The translations under genes were made by a program, and so were the position numbers. A stretch of DNA of 64,000 nt from assembly GCA_000091205.1 (NCBI GenBank), contig AP006500.2. The stretch is one strand, 5' to 3'. Position 1 is the first letter of the stretch. Every line of letters starts with the position of its first letter. The notes below the pieces were generated by a model that was not told where the DNA came from, ran no database searches, and saw only the letters and a program-made list of their open reading frames with translations. Positions 22,301 through 33,988 of the stretch are shown in pieces. This stretch comes from Cyanidioschyzon merolae. Taxonomy: Eukaryota.

Positions 22301-23195
22301 GGCAGCGAGTCGATGTCGTTTCCAACGTGCATCGAACGGCATGCAATACCGGATGAATGCGGGATGGAGATTGGACCTGCGTTCTGAACTAGAGTCATCG
22401 AAGCCAACAAATTCGCGCAATTATCCTAAACGTGTGCAGGCCTCGTGAGCGAGCGTGCAAGCGAAAGCAACCATCCCAGTCGGGGCAAGCGCCACAGCCT
22501 CTGTTCCGAGTCTGGATCCCGTGTTCCCGGGGATGCGCGACCCATCATGCCAGTCATGTCCAGGATTTCTGTATCGGAGCCAAGTGCCTCTCTAATCTGA
22601 TCAAATGTATACAATATAATAGAGGAGCGTATCCGTGCAGCGCGTCGATGCGTGCGCCGCCGCCCAGCCGCCGCGATCAACACGCATGCACGTCACAGGG
22701 GCGACGCTGCCCAAATGGTCGTTTTTTCGTCGATCATCGATGCATCCGCTGAGCCTTGCGCTAGATGCGCCACTGCCACCGGTAAGCGGGACAGAGGCTT
22801 CAGTTCTTCAGCAGATGCAGCAGTTTTCCATCTGATGCAGTTTTTGCGGTGTTAGCCCCAGTGCCGTGCCGTGCCGTGTGCGGTAAGCGTCCGGTGAACA
22901 CAGGCGCTTCTGGTGTCCTCTGATTGCTCCTGTCGTTGTCGCTGCTGCTCCTGCTGCTGCTGCTGCTGGTGCACGTGAATTCGTGTTTTTCTCTTGTCAT
23001 CGTTGGAATTTTCGGAGGCGATACATACACGGAGCTCGCGTAGAGTGCGTCGCACTGATCAGTGTCTATGTCGAGGAGAGCGGCAGGCCGCGTTCACGCC
23101 ACACATCGTGGCAAGTGCGCTACGAGGTGCATCACCAGAGCGCGCCACCAGAAATGCACCAGCTCTTTTTCCAACAGGTTTCCAGTCTGCCGCTC

Positions 23196-25484
23196 CTAGG
23201 GCGCATGACTTCCAGATACGTTCGTGGCTGCTGCAGCGGCAGCGGTCAGGTCGTCGAGAAACGCCTCGGGCGAGAGCATCTCGGTTGTTCCGTAGATAAT
23301 CTGGCGATCGTCGTGGATGCGAGTGGTGAGATTCTCCCACTCAATAAAATTGCCACCTCCGACCATAAAAACGATCGCTTCGGTAAACGATCCACGCGGC
23401 AGGGATGAGGCTTTGTTTGTGCAGTGCCCGTCTCGAGCAGCAAGTGGATCCAGCAGTAATGAGGCTGCACGTTCTGCAGCTGCACCTGGGTGCTCGTGTT
23501 CCGCGCCCCGCGAGGCCGAATCCAAGTCATCGTCGGGCGAGGCGTTCCGCATCCACGAGTCGACAATACTGGCAACGATTCCGCTCCGCGTCGTGGGAAT
23601 CAGGCCCTTCACGGTGCTCGCCAGCTGCGTCAGGCCTTTGTGGCCGTGCTCATAGATTCGAGTGACCAGCGACTCGAAGATTTCCCTGCCTCCACCTGTC
23701 GCTGTCGTGAGGCGATCGATCATGCGGCTGCTGCTTTTGCGTGCCGGCGACGGACTGTTGCCGTCCCTGTGCGTTGCAGCGGGGTCGAGCTGGCGCGGTG
23801 TCGCTGCGCGCTGGCGCATCACGTAGCTAAGAGCGCTCGTCTGACAGCCACAGATATCGAGTACATGACAGTATTCTGCGAGCTTGGTCTGCGGAATACC
23901 TGACGGCGAGAGGATCTGGTACATAAGCAGCAGCCGCAGGCAGTCGCGGGCTCGCTGACTCAACGACGAGGCGTCCGCGGAGGCCGTACTGGAAGGCGGT
24001 TTCGCTAGAAGATCGGCTTCCCCAATGATTCGGTCTAGCGAGTTCGATTGCACACTCGAAGGCCTTTCCAGCAGTGAATCCTCGAGCTGAAACAACAGGT
24101 CCAACTTCCGTGCCTTGATCTGCTCCAACAGTGCGGATGCGATGTTCGTATGCATATCGAGCTGCCGCTTCCATCGAGTTAGTCGCGGAAGCTCGGCGAC
24201 GGCGTCAGCAATCTCCCGAGTGCTTGTGCCGGTTGCCTGCATATAGGCCTCGAGCTGCGTCTCGTCTGCCGTCTCCGCGAGCAGCTTCTGGACATTGCTG
24301 CCTCCGCCAGACCGTGCATTGATCTCCTGAACCTGCGCACGGTACGCTGTCAACGCTGTTTCGATATGCTCCGCCACTTGCGGGAACGGCAACGAAGCAT
24401 TTTCGGCCCAGAACGGATCGGCCTCGTCATCGAGGTCGTACTGCGTCCGCTCTGTGCCGGGCTTGGTTGCCGGCATGCTGACTCGGCTGAGCTCGAATGG
24501 CAAGAGCTCGTGGATTAGCGCCTCATAGGTCCATCCGTGGTGCAGCATGATGGCCAGGTCGACGTCACGGTCGAGCAGCGCCAGCAGCGGCCTTCGCAGT
24601 GGCGGCAGGCCGGCTTCACTGTGTTCGCGGAACAACGCCGCCCCGCCTGGCGTATGCATATACTCCCAGATTTTGGCGCACAGTTGCAGTGCGACTCGCT
24701 CCGATGCGCCGCGTCGCAGGCAACGTATATACGGCACACATCTTAGGGTCACGCAAACAGCAAATAAACTATCCACAATAGTCGCGATCGTTTCCTGAAT
24801 CGCCTGCTCATCGGCCTGTGCACTGAACAGACGCCGGAAAGAGCGCCGCGCTATGCTTGGCGGCATGCTGAAGAGGTTGCGCTTCAGACAAACAAAGCCG
24901 CAGTACAGGTCCACGACGCGAGTAACGGACTCGATGCGCCGAGCTCGAGCCAGGGCCTCGGCCAGACGCTCAAGCTCGTCGCGGCTGATAGCCGAAAGAA
25001 AATATATACTGCAGTGTGCGTATCGATCCGCAGCACAGTCTCGGACAATCGTCTGAATATTCTCGTGATTCGGCTGGATCAGGTAGACAGCTGGGACCTC
25101 GGGTATGACTTGGCGCGAGCTCTCTAAGTTCAGGTGTAACGTAACGCCGCACGTTCGTAGTGTTGGCACCTTCAGCACAGGAGCAAGCACCTCGCGCGCC
25201 GTTTGGTCGATGACGAGCACCTTCCAAAAGTCTCTGTACACGTCTTCCGCGTCCAAGTCGTCCACGGTCGCCGCGGCAGCATCGTAACCGGGGTTCAGTT
25301 GTCCATGCAGTGCACCGTTGGCAGCGCTGTGTCCGGTAGCGGCCTCAGCGCCGCGGAGCGGGTTACCGAGCGCCTCGCACAGAACAGCTTTCTGCCGATC
25401 CCGCAGCGAGAACCACGTTTTCGCCAATGATTTGAGCTGCGTGGCGAGGTCCGAGTGACGACTCGGCTCTGCTCGCGTTAGCAT
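23196..25484 (-). CDS. SLY1: Sec1/Munc18-family protein Sly1 (ER-Golgi SNARE regulator)
   Basis: Sec1-family N-terminus WKVLVIDQTAREVLAPVLKVPTLRTCGVTLHLNL, C-terminus FMVGGGNFIEWENL. The ORF is open to 25808, but homology begins near Met at 25484. Confidence 0.8.
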   Translation of the reverse strand: MLTRAEPSRHSDLATQLKSLAKTWFSLRDRQKAVLCEALGNPLRGAEAATGHSAANGALHGQLNPGYDAAAATVDDLDAEDVYRDFWKVLVIDQTAREVLAPVLKVPTLRTCGVTLHLNLESSRQVIPEVPAVYLIQPNHENIQTIVRDCAADRYAHCSIYFLSAISRDELERLAEALARARRIESVTRVVDLYCGFVCLKRNLFSMPPSIARRSFRRLFSAQADEQAIQETIATIVDSLFAVCVTLRCVPYIRCLRRGASERVALQLCAKIWEYMHTPGGAALFREHSEAGLPPLRRPLLALLDRDVDLAIMLHHGWTYEALIHELLPFELSRVSMPATKPGTERTQYDLDDEADPFWAENASLPFPQVAEHIETALTAYRAQVQEINARSGGGSNVQKLLAETADETQLEAYMQATGTSTREIADAVAELPRLTRWKRQLDMHTNIASALLEQIKARKLDLLFQLEDSLLERPSSVQSNSLDRIIGEADLLAKPPSSTASADASSLSQRARDCLRLLLMYQILSPSGIPQTKLAEYCHVLDICGCQTSALSYVMRQRAATPRQLDPAATHRDGNSPSPARKSSSRMIDRLTTATGGGREIFESLVTRIYEHGHKGLTQLASTVKGLIPTTRSGIVASIVDSWMRNASPDDDLDSASRGAEHEHPGAAAERAASLLLDPLAARDGHCTNKASSLPRGSFTEAIVFMVGGGNFIEWENLTTRIHDDRQIIYGTTEMLSPEAFLDDLTAAAAAATNVSGSHAP

Positions 25485-26071
25485 CGTGGCCTCTTGAGGT
25501 TGACTACCAGCAGGTAGCAGGCAAGGAGGCAGCCGCCTGCCGTCAACGCCTCCATGAGTCTGTGCGTACGCTGGGATTGCTGCGGCGGCGATCCCGCCAC
25601 AGTCGAGAGCACCTGCTGCTCTCGGGAGCGACTCGACGTTCACGAGCAACAGGAAAGAAGCAGTCATCAGCGATATGATATATAGGACCTTGACAGCAGA
25701 GGAGCAATAAATATGAGCAGGCTTCTCGGTCTGTCTGGTCCCTGTCATCCATATATGGTGCTCCCGTAATGAATGAAGAGCGAGCAATCTGAACAGACTT
25801 TTCAGCATGTTCAGTCTCTTTCAATCATATAATGTGCTCCTATGGCGGATAGAGACCGTCCAATCTCATTAAACTTCTTTCGACGATCCGCTCCTGTCTG
25901 CAATGCAACGTGCTTGCCAAGGATCCGTTCTCGGGTGGTGCTTGTCGATCATTTGCACCGTATGGCGTACGAGACTCCATGCATCGAGGCCTGGACTTGC
26001 AGCACAGCTACATGAGCACATAGATACACGTCCATTGTGGAGGCGCAACTGCGGTTCGGTTCCGTCTCTGA

Positions 26072-27580
26072 GTGCGAAGTGCGTCGCCCGCACCGCAGCA
26101 TCCGCCATGCTGCATCCATGACACGCATGTGCGCTCGGATGCGTGCTGCACGGGACACGTGTCGCTCTTGACACACGTCTCTGGGATTCAGCACGGCAAA
26201 TATACTCTTCTGGGCTGGAATACGCTCAAGTCGAGGTATATGCGAACTGGACCGCAGATTAGCGCGGCAGCAGTCACGAAGTGGACCTGCTGGCAACGCC
26301 AGCGCCAGCTGGAGCGCATGGCGGTGTGGATTGTAGCGAGTCTTGCCGCACCTGGAGCGAAACAGGTACGTGAGGCTCGGTATGAGCACCGGCCGCGCTT
26401 CTCGACCGAAGCGGTGCCGCTTTGGAAACTCACCATGTTGTTGGTGCGCCTTTATCACAGCAGCTGGCACGCGGGATCGCGTGAAAGCACTTACTTGCGA
26501 GAGCTCTTCTATCGGCTCGTTCCTGTTTTCGATAGCCAGCAGGAATTGACGCAATACCTGGATCGTTTACTTGCCGCTGCACGAATCTCTCGTTTCTCAT
26601 TGGGTATCATTGCCGAGTCACGCGGATGGGTGTTTTTCGGTAGCGGGATCCAGCTGCAAAAACGGTCTATCGAAAACGAGCGACCTCGATATGTTCAATC
26701 AGAAGCCGCCAATGCAAGGCTGTGCACGCCCCATCGCGGTCTCATGCCGATTCCAGATGACATCGTGCTGGACCCTGGGGCGTATCAGCTGGTAGTGGAG
26801 CCCCGCCAAGATCTAGTTGTCGTCATCCTCATCGTGGAAAAGTTCGGCGTATTCCGCTGTCTCGTGGATGAAGGATTTGCCTCGATCCTGCCGGTACTCA
26901 CAATCCTTGTCACTGGCGGGGGCCAGCCGTCGCTGGCAACGCGTGCACTGGTGGCCCAGATAGCGCGATGCTTGGAAGCGCACCATGCTGCTTTTAGGAG
27001 CACGAACGCCCCGCATACGTATCCCCGGTTCGACATCTACGTCATCACAGACTACGATCCATACGGCCTCTGCATTGCTCGCCAGTATCGCCGATCTCTG
27101 GCTGCAGCGCTGCCGCAGTTCACTGCTGATTCGAAGTTCACCCGTCTGCCACGCTGGATAGGCCCACGCGCCTGCCACCTATTCCGAGCCCGATCAAGTC
27201 GTGCGAACTGCGAGTTACTCCGCGCCAAGTCCGAGGCAGACCAATCTCCACTCATGCGCGGTCCGATGCCATCCCAGCGGGCACTGGTACTCGCACGAAA
27301 CATCTTTGCCGAGGCAGTCCTTCAGGGCGATTCGCTCGTTGCCGAGGAGCTGCACCACATGATTGGCTCGCAGCTGTATACCGATCCATCGATGCTGAAA
27401 CTGGCCAGGAACCTGCCCTGGATTGACGGTTGCCCCGGTGCCGCTGGGGATGGTATCGGTACCCATGACTTGCATACCCTGGTGCTGCTCCTGGGACCAG
27501 GGGGTTTCGCGCGTGATTTTTTGCCGCGCTTGATCCTGGAAACGAGGCAGGAAGAGCTTAGAAAATCACTTGGGCTATGA
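26072..27580 (+). CDS. SPO11: Spo11 / topoisomerase VI subunit A homologue
   Basis: Catalytic Tyr region TYLRELFYR...FDSQQE (5Y-CAP) and LGIIAESRGWVF. Toprim motifs LVVVILIVEKFGVFRCL, ILVTGGGQPSLATRALV and DIYVITDYDPYGLCIA (DxD). Start codon uncertain (several upstream Met). Confidence 0.8.
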   Translation: MRSASPAPQHPPCCIHDTHVRSDACCTGHVSLLTHVSGIQHGKYTLLGWNTLKSRYMRTGPQISAAAVTKWTCWQRQRQLERMAVWIVASLAAPGAKQVREARYEHRPRFSTEAVPLWKLTMLLVRLYHSSWHAGSRESTYLRELFYRLVPVFDSQQELTQYLDRLLAAARISRFSLGIIAESRGWVFFGSGIQLQKRSIENERPRYVQSEAANARLCTPHRGLMPIPDDIVLDPGAYQLVVEPRQDLVVVILIVEKFGVFRCLVDEGFASILPVLTILVTGGGQPSLATRALVAQIARCLEAHHAAFRSTNAPHTYPRFDIYVITDYDPYGLCIARQYRRSLAAALPQFTADSKFTRLPRWIGPRACHLFRARSSRANCELLRAKSEADQSPLMRGPMPSQRALVLARNIFAEAVLQGDSLVAEELHHMIGSQLYTDPSMLKLARNLPWIDGCPGAAGDGIGTHDLHTLVLLLGPGGFARDFLPRLILETRQEELRKSLGL

Positions 27581-27630
27581 TGTGTGCGCTGCGCGTACCG
27601 CTGCGACTACTCCTTTCAGTACGAGCGCCT

Positions 27631-27945
27631 CTATTTCGAAGCCAAGAGGTCCGAGGCTTCCGCTGGTGTCCTCGTTTCCAGTTGTAGTGCGTGCACCGAT
27701 TCAGCAAGCTCCTGTTCCAAAATCTGGTAGACACGTCGGTGACGCTCGCGCAGAGAGAGGCCCACAAACTGTGCGGAAACAATAGCAACGCGAAAGTGCG
27801 TCTCCCCGTGCGCCGGCTTGCTGGCGTGGCCCTCGTGCAGGTCCGACTCGTCGACCACCCGAAGTACCTGGGGCTGCAGGGCGCTCCGCAGCTTCGATTC
27901 AATTCGTTCACGAACAGGTGCCAGTGTTCGCATGGCGGCCCGCAT
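27631..27945 (-). CDS. bolA: BolA-like protein
   Basis: 104-aa ORF matching the BolA consensus: L..L.VVDES..HEGH...ETHFRVAIVS..F.G...RHR.VY..L..E....HAL.L.T.TP.E. Confidence 0.8.
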   Translation of the reverse strand: MRAAMRTLAPVRERIESKLRSALQPQVLRVVDESDLHEGHASKPAHGETHFRVAIVSAQFVGLSLRERHRRVYQILEQELAESVHALQLETRTPAEASDLLASK

Positions 27946-28721
27946 TCGCTAACGCTGTGCGTCTCGAAGGGTGAGTGCTCTGCTTACGCACCCACCTGCC
28001 CAGTTGGACGCTGCCGCACCGGTTTTTTTTGCATTCCCCAGGCGCCTACAAGAACGTGCCCGACGGGACCCAGCAATGCGTCAGGTACGATCACAATCGG
28101 ATAGCGTCAGGACTAGCCGAGGCCGTCAATACATGATCAACGCGAACACTGAGCGCTAGGCGCTGCCCTGCCGAGCCTTCGGTCGGGTTGTGCAGAGACT
28201 GACCGGATTTCTACAGATATCAGCGGCTCTTGATCATTGCATGTCGATGGACATTGCAGGGCGCGACGTCGACAAGACGCCTACGGCAAGACCTTTCAGG
28301 TTCAGGTACGCACGATGCAGCGGCATACGAGCACATATGAAGAGCTGTTGAACTGGATTCGCCGCTATTAGTACGGAAGTCTGCGCACTTACGAGTAGTC
28401 ATGCACATGCATCAGCTTAGAATGCACAGACAAGCGACGTGCGGAACGAGACGCGCATGCGTTCCTGGGAACCTATCCCTTGACACTCGTACGCCATACG
28501 AACATCCAAGCGTATTCACTACATTGCATACGTACAGCCACATGCATAGATATCTATATATGCAAGATTACACACAGACTTATATCCAGAAAGATGAATG
28601 CCTCGATAGCTCCACATACGGAAGCAACGCTTTGCTCGATCCTAATCTAAAATTCGAGTGCAATCAGAAAAACTCAGGAGCTTTTCGTGCGGTCAAGGAA
28701 CCAGTGGCGCTGCGGTATTTC

Positions 28722-29039
28722 ATGGACACGAAAGCGCAGCAACTCGATTCGGATCAGGAACCTGAACTCACAAAGCTTGCTGAACTTCAAGTACACGAGC
28801 AAGTCCGAAAGGCAGCGTTTGCCAAGTGTGACGATCAAGTCCGGGCATACGTTGCCTGCAGCCGTGAACGCACGGTTTCCGTTGTTTGGGCGTGCCGAAC
28901 ACTGCTGAAGTCGTTGAACGAGTGCGTCCAACAATACACGGGTGCAGAACAATATCGATTGCAAAGAATCGAGTACGCCAAAGCACACCCGAACGCGGTC
29001 AAATCGTGGAATCGTTCGAGTAAAGTCGAGACACCCTAG
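28722..29039 (+). CDS. Twin Cx9C protein, Cmc1/COX-assembly-factor-like (mitochondrial IMS)
   Basis: Two exact Cx9C pairs (CDDQVRAYVAC and CRTLLKSLNEC) about 10 residues apart. Size (~105 aa from Met 28722) fits the Cmc1 family. The ORF track shows a longer 212-aa frame from 28401 whose N-terminal half looks non-coding. Confidence 0.6.
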   Translation: MDTKAQQLDSDQEPELTKLAELQVHEQVRKAAFAKCDDQVRAYVACSRERTVSVVWACRTLLKSLNECVQQYTGAEQYRLQRIEYAKAHPNAVKSWNRSSKVETP

Positions 29040-29292
29040 ACAAGCACGCGGATACTGGGCACAACGAGTAGGACGCTGTGACATGACGGGCCTAGAAGAC
29101 GTTCGCGTAGCGACCGGAGCGTCGCTTCGGTAGCGTTCACTGGTGACGTGGTCGTTTTATGCGTCTCTATCGTCTGGTGGCGGGGGAGGTCTGCGCTGCT
29201 CCGCATGAGCAGCACGGAGCGCATGGTATCAGTCCAGGCAAGTGCCGCTCAGGAGCCGCTTACACACGTTTGGAGGCATTCGTGGGCGATGT

Positions 29293-30552
29293 TCAGTAGA
29301 CAATGAGCCAGCGACCGTGGTAGCGACGACGCCTACCGAAACGTCGCCTCCAACGAAGGCGCCACGGAGCATACGCGCTAGCACGGAACTGGTGGTGTAG
29401 CACCAACGTGATCGAAGTTCCAGGAGACTTGCCACATGCGAAAGCGCTCTCTTGGCGGAGGCCGTTCATTTTCGGCACACGCTTCGATCGAGAACGCTGT
29501 GTACTGTCCGCGATGCCGGACTTGAGTGGCGATACAGACGGCGGGCAGACACGCGTAAACTCGCTAACGTTTGGAGAATTACAGGCACCACCGTTAACGG
29601 AAATCCGCCCCGCGCTTATTTTGGTCTTATTCTGTTGTGGTGATCCCTGGCGCTGGTGGCGAGCATCGGGCTCTCTTGCCTCAGATCTTGAGGGTTCGTT
29701 TTCCTGAGCAGGCCTCGCAAGAGCCGCATCATCTTCGAAGGCGTCGTGCGAAGATACGCTGCGAGCCGGCTGCACTGAATGCGTCTCCTCGGTCGCCTCG
29801 CGACTTTCTTGCGCATTCATCGCAACTACCACGCTCGATGCACCGATTCGAGGCTTTTCCAGCTTCTCGATATCGTCATATGGGCACCCTGCATACCGAG
29901 TACACAGCGGAGAGCGTTGTTCGTCGTTCCGTTTCGCTGCTTGCCAAAGTGTCCTTTCCAGTTCCGTGATTCTCTCTGATGCAGCCCCAGTACACGCTGC
30001 ACTTGTACCTGCGTTCTCCGAACTTCGCTCTGCGCAAAGCGAGCGAGCGCTGTCAGGTGTGTCCAAGGTAACAGCCGGCATCGCGGTGGCTATCGGCTTC
30101 TGGAGTGAAGCCGGTGTCAGCTCCGAGTCCATGTGGCACGCCTTCGTTGCACGAACATGTGGCGTGCCTTTTGATGTTCGAGACGGAAGCGGGCTCGGCA
30201 CATCAAATCCTAGTCGACGGAGCTCGCGTGCCGCCCGCGCCGTCAAGGGCACCGACTCAACGCCGCCGGCACAGGTCGGACCCGAATGAACACCCAGTCC
30301 GAACTCTGCAGACGGGAGTCCAGGCGATTCTAGCCCAAGAACTTTTATTGTTTGCTGCGGAGTGACACAAGCGGACGACGTTCCTGTAGGGTCGCCCCGG
30401 CTGTGTGCTCCACGCCGTTCGCGCTGGCCTCTCCCGGGTGTTTGTATTTCCACGGTTAGTCTGTCAGCTGACCCCAACTCCAGGGTATCCTGGCTCGATA
30501 CTGGACACCCGTCCTCGCTCTGGTATCTTTTGCTCCTGGAGCGTGTGATCAT
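29293..30552 (-). CDS. Hypothetical Ser/Pro/Arg-rich protein (419 aa), possibly non-coding ORF
   Basis: Long ORF in an otherwise gene-free 2.5-kb gap. Low complexity, no domain. Coding status not established. Confidence 0.25.
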   Translation of the reverse strand: MITRSRSKRYQSEDGCPVSSQDTLELGSADRLTVEIQTPGRGQRERRGAHSRGDPTGTSSACVTPQQTIKVLGLESPGLPSAEFGLGVHSGPTCAGGVESVPLTARAARELRRLGFDVPSPLPSRTSKGTPHVRATKACHMDSELTPASLQKPIATAMPAVTLDTPDSARSLCAERSSENAGTSAACTGAASERITELERTLWQAAKRNDEQRSPLCTRYAGCPYDDIEKLEKPRIGASSVVVAMNAQESREATEETHSVQPARSVSSHDAFEDDAALARPAQENEPSRSEAREPDARHQRQGSPQQNKTKISAGRISVNGGACNSPNVSEFTRVCPPSVSPLKSGIADSTQRSRSKRVPKMNGLRQESAFACGKSPGTSITLVLHHQFRASAYAPWRLRWRRRFGRRRRYHGRWLIVY

Positions 30553-31607
30553 CTTCTACACTGAAGGGAAACGAAGCACTGCTGGCCCCTGCTACACTCG
30601 CGAGGCACCCAAGGCATCCCGGTTCTGCAGGTAGCCGGCGGCTCGGATGCCTCTGTTGGCCGCGCTGGATCGCTAACCGCCAGAGCGGAAATGTAACGGC
30701 GCGAGGTTCGATTTGTCTCTGGGCGCTTTGAAAGCGCCTTTCGCACAGCGGTGCTCCCTCCGCAGGTCACAACACGCCAGACCTAAGCGGTGACTTAGTC
30801 TATGGAACATTGTGCGATTTGGCCTGCAGGTATGCTTCCGACTGAAGACTCGGAGGAAGCGAAGTGTACAGATCCGTCAGCGGAGGAATAAGGTATTTCA
30901 AGGTGCAGCTTCGAAGCATCTGGAATGCCGTGCTCGTATCTATGGGCATTGGGAGGCACGTGGCGGATAGATTTTGTACCGGCAGATGGCAGCAAGGCCA
31001 CATATTTTTATACGGGGACAAGATATTCCGGGATCGGCACGAACATGCTCATGTATTAGCGCTGGCGCATGCTTTGCACCAATGGAAAGTCCAAGGATAG
31101 TGCTTTCGCCTTGATCCGCTCTTCCGATATTCGAGGCCCTGATACGGGTACCACAGAGCGAGAATCCCTACCCGTAGAAAATTATGTTTCCAATGCTGTG
31201 AAGATAAACTATTGAAAGGAGAACCTTGCCGCGCCGACGGTTACCAGAAGTTCCTCTGGTCTGGCGCACTTGGCGTCGAGATTGGATTCTCTCTATCGTC
31301 GGTTGTCGCAAGCGCACAGTCGGGATACTTTCATGAGATTCACCGCTCGTACACCATGAGAAAATGCAACCTGAACAGTTAGTATGCACGCCGGGATCTC
31401 CCACTATACTCGACTGATGCGTGCAACGCTTGCTCTTCGTTGGTCTAGGGCGTGCACGCTGCGCACTAGCATACGAACCGCTACAATTTCCGATTCAGGA
31501 CTTGTCTCTTGATACGAGCCTTCGGCTATGCCATACCGAACTTAGCAGCCTCGCGTAAGCTTTCCACAAAACCGTCCTTGTCTTATTCCTGAGTAAATTT
31601 CGTTACA

Positions 31608-32546
31608 TTGACACAGCGGAAACGTGGCGCACCTACCCAAACCTCGCCTGCATATCTGCGAAAACGCCTCGTAGCCGTTCGTGCGCCATTGTCCTCGAAC
31701 TTATTCGCCAACCTGGTACTTGCCGGCTTGCGATGCCGTTTGCGTGTTATGCGCACCAAATGCATCCTACGAACACTACAGGCGGCGACAGTGCAGGCAG
31801 TACCAAAGTATGAGCCGCGGGAGTGCTGGTTCTATGACTTTGGCGATCGACTCCTTCCGTACGAGCCGGTGCACCGGTGGCAACAGCAGCTGCGTGCGAT
31901 CCGACTGGGGCGGAGCGGCGAAGCACCGGCAACGACGTTGCGATTTCCGGACGCTTTCATGTTGCTCACGCACACGCCAGTGTACACGCTAGGGACGGCT
32001 GCAAGCCCGGGTGACCTCGGTTCTGCGCTGCAGGAAGCGAGCTGCGCAGTTGTTCGTACGGAGCGCGGCGGCAAAGTTACTTACCACGGACCGGGTCAGG
32101 TCACTGGTTACGCTGTTATGAACCTGAGACGATATCGCTGTGACCTGCGGTGGTACGTTTCCTTGCTCGAGGAGGTTGTGATTCGGTGCCTGCGCGACTT
32201 TGGAATACCCGGCGAGCGACGCAGTGATCATCATGGGGTCTGGGTTGCCGGGGGAACCCGCAAAATTGCCTTTATTGGCGTGAGCGTTAGCCGTTGGGTC
32301 ACCTGCCATGGGTTTGCCCTGAATGTCAACCGGGAGGTGCTCCCACCGTTCCGACGTATCGTTGCATGCGGTCTCGATGGCAACACCGTGACTTGCATGC
32401 AGGATCTGCTGCCGCATCCGAACACCTGTTCCGCAGAGCAGGTGCGCAACTCACTTGCCACGCACTTTAGTGAACTGTTCGATGTTGCACTGAAACCTTA
32501 CGCATCTTCGGCGGCGTCGGGAACAGATTCGCGATCAGGTACTTGA
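31608..32546 (+). CDS. lipB: Octanoyl-[ACP]:protein N-octanoyltransferase LipB
   Basis: RGGKVTYHGPGQVTGY (active-site region), KIAFIGVSVSRWVTCHGFALNV and PCG-equivalent ACGLDG. N-terminal ~50 aa is basic (targeting peptide). True start may be Met at about 31746. Confidence 0.85.
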   Translation: MTQRKRGAPTQTSPAYLRKRLVAVRAPLSSNLFANLVLAGLRCRLRVMRTKCILRTLQAATVQAVPKYEPRECWFYDFGDRLLPYEPVHRWQQQLRAIRLGRSGEAPATTLRFPDAFMLLTHTPVYTLGTAASPGDLGSALQEASCAVVRTERGGKVTYHGPGQVTGYAVMNLRRYRCDLRWYVSLLEEVVIRCLRDFGIPGERRSDHHGVWVAGGTRKIAFIGVSVSRWVTCHGFALNVNREVLPPFRRIVACGLDGNTVTCMQDLLPHPNTCSAEQVRNSLATHFSELFDVALKPYASSAASGTDSRSGT

Positions 32547-33412
32547 TAACAGCGATGAACGCTATCCTGTTTCGAACGCTGCCGCCATCTTAGGAACTCG
32601 ACTGTCGATAGCGATGCCCAGTTGCTTGTTCTGTAGATGCAAAAACACGACACGATTTGGGTTCATGCCAGGTGCAATTGCGGCAGAGAAGACGATGACG
32701 CGAGTACACCTGCGCCAGCGTTGGGAAGCTAATCAGGCACTTGTCTGGCAATCTCGTTGTCGCTGGAGCGTGGCACCCCGAAGAATCGTGTTTTATGTGC
32801 TGCAAAAAAAAGCCCGGCTTTGCAACGCTGCTGATTTGTTGGCGCTTATGGCCGCAGTAAGCGCCAGGCCTCTGGGTAGACTTGGCAGATCAAGTCGTAG
32901 GGTCGGATCGATGCATCCAGAACCATTTGTGACATGCATCCGGCTTTGGCGCTACAGCGTTGACAGCGACGTCGGATCACATCTACAGCGCTAGCCACCG
33001 AAAGCATTCACAGAATTCCGAGCTTTTCTGAACCAACATACGCATGGGCGCCTGCGCAGCTGAAACATGTTGGCATCGATGGAGGTACGCCAGCCGGTGA
33101 TCCGCCGGGCGTACGCGAGTGATCTGCAGCTGTGATCCTTCATATGTACATGAAAGAGACTAAATGTTCAACTATGTACTGTTGGCTCTCTAGCGTAAGA
33201 ACTAGAGCGCGAGGCCTTCTTTGCAACAAAACCGTTTACCTGGGAATCCGCCTAACGAAACACCAAGGTATTTCGAGCTGTGTTCTGGGCACTCTTTTGC
33301 TGGACAGGTCCCCGCCCGCTGGTACAAGCACCAATATCAACAACTTCGTCGTTCCCAATAGGTCAGTGAGTGGCGTAACCACGGCGGACTCGGCACAACT
33401 TGTTCTGCCAGG

Positions 33413-33988
33413 ATGAAACGAACTGCGTTCGCACCTGGTTTGCCGCTGAACCGAAGAAGACTTGTGAGGACAGCGCCGCGTGCAACGGGAGCTGGTACGG
33501 CGCGTAAACCTGCACAGCGACCACTCGTGGCAGGCACTACTGCGTCCAACGGCGCGGCACCCGTCAGGGGTATCGCAACGCGCAAGAGACGTGGAGGTGC
33601 GCTGCCCGGTGACCCCGCTGCACCCAAACACAACGTCACGATTCTAAACTACCGCGATGATGAGTCTCTGACGCTCGCTGTTCCCGAGGACCGCTACATA
33701 TGGTGGTATTTCCGGGAAAATGGTTATGAGCTGCCGTCATCGTGCCTGAACGGGTGCTGCACCACGTGCGCCGCCAAGATCGTTCGCGGCAGTCTAGAGC
33801 AGCCCGAGGCGCTCGGACTCACACGAGAGTTCCGTGACAAGGGCTATTGTCTACTGTGTGTAAGCTATCCGCGTTCCGCACTCGTGCTGGTCCTTCAGAG
33901 CGAGGACGAGGTCTACGAGCAGCAGTGGGCAACAACTTTCGAGAGCGGCGGCAAACGCTGGGGCGGCCTCATCCCAGAGGAAGACTAG
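33413..33988 (+). CDS. Plant-type [2Fe-2S] ferredoxin precursor with ~70-aa basic transit peptide
   Basis: Mature part carries the plant-type ligand pattern SSCLNGCCTTCAAK (C-x4-C-x2-C) plus LLCVSYP (4th Cys). The N-terminus is R/A/T-rich with no acidic residues. Confidence 0.85.
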   Translation: MKRTAFAPGLPLNRRRLVRTAPRATGAGTARKPAQRPLVAGTTASNGAAPVRGIATRKRRGGALPGDPAAPKHNVTILNYRDDESLTLAVPEDRYIWWYFRENGYELPSSCLNGCCTTCAAKIVRGSLEQPEALGLTREFRDKGYCLLCVSYPRSALVLVLQSEDEVYEQQWATTFESGGKRWGGLIPEED

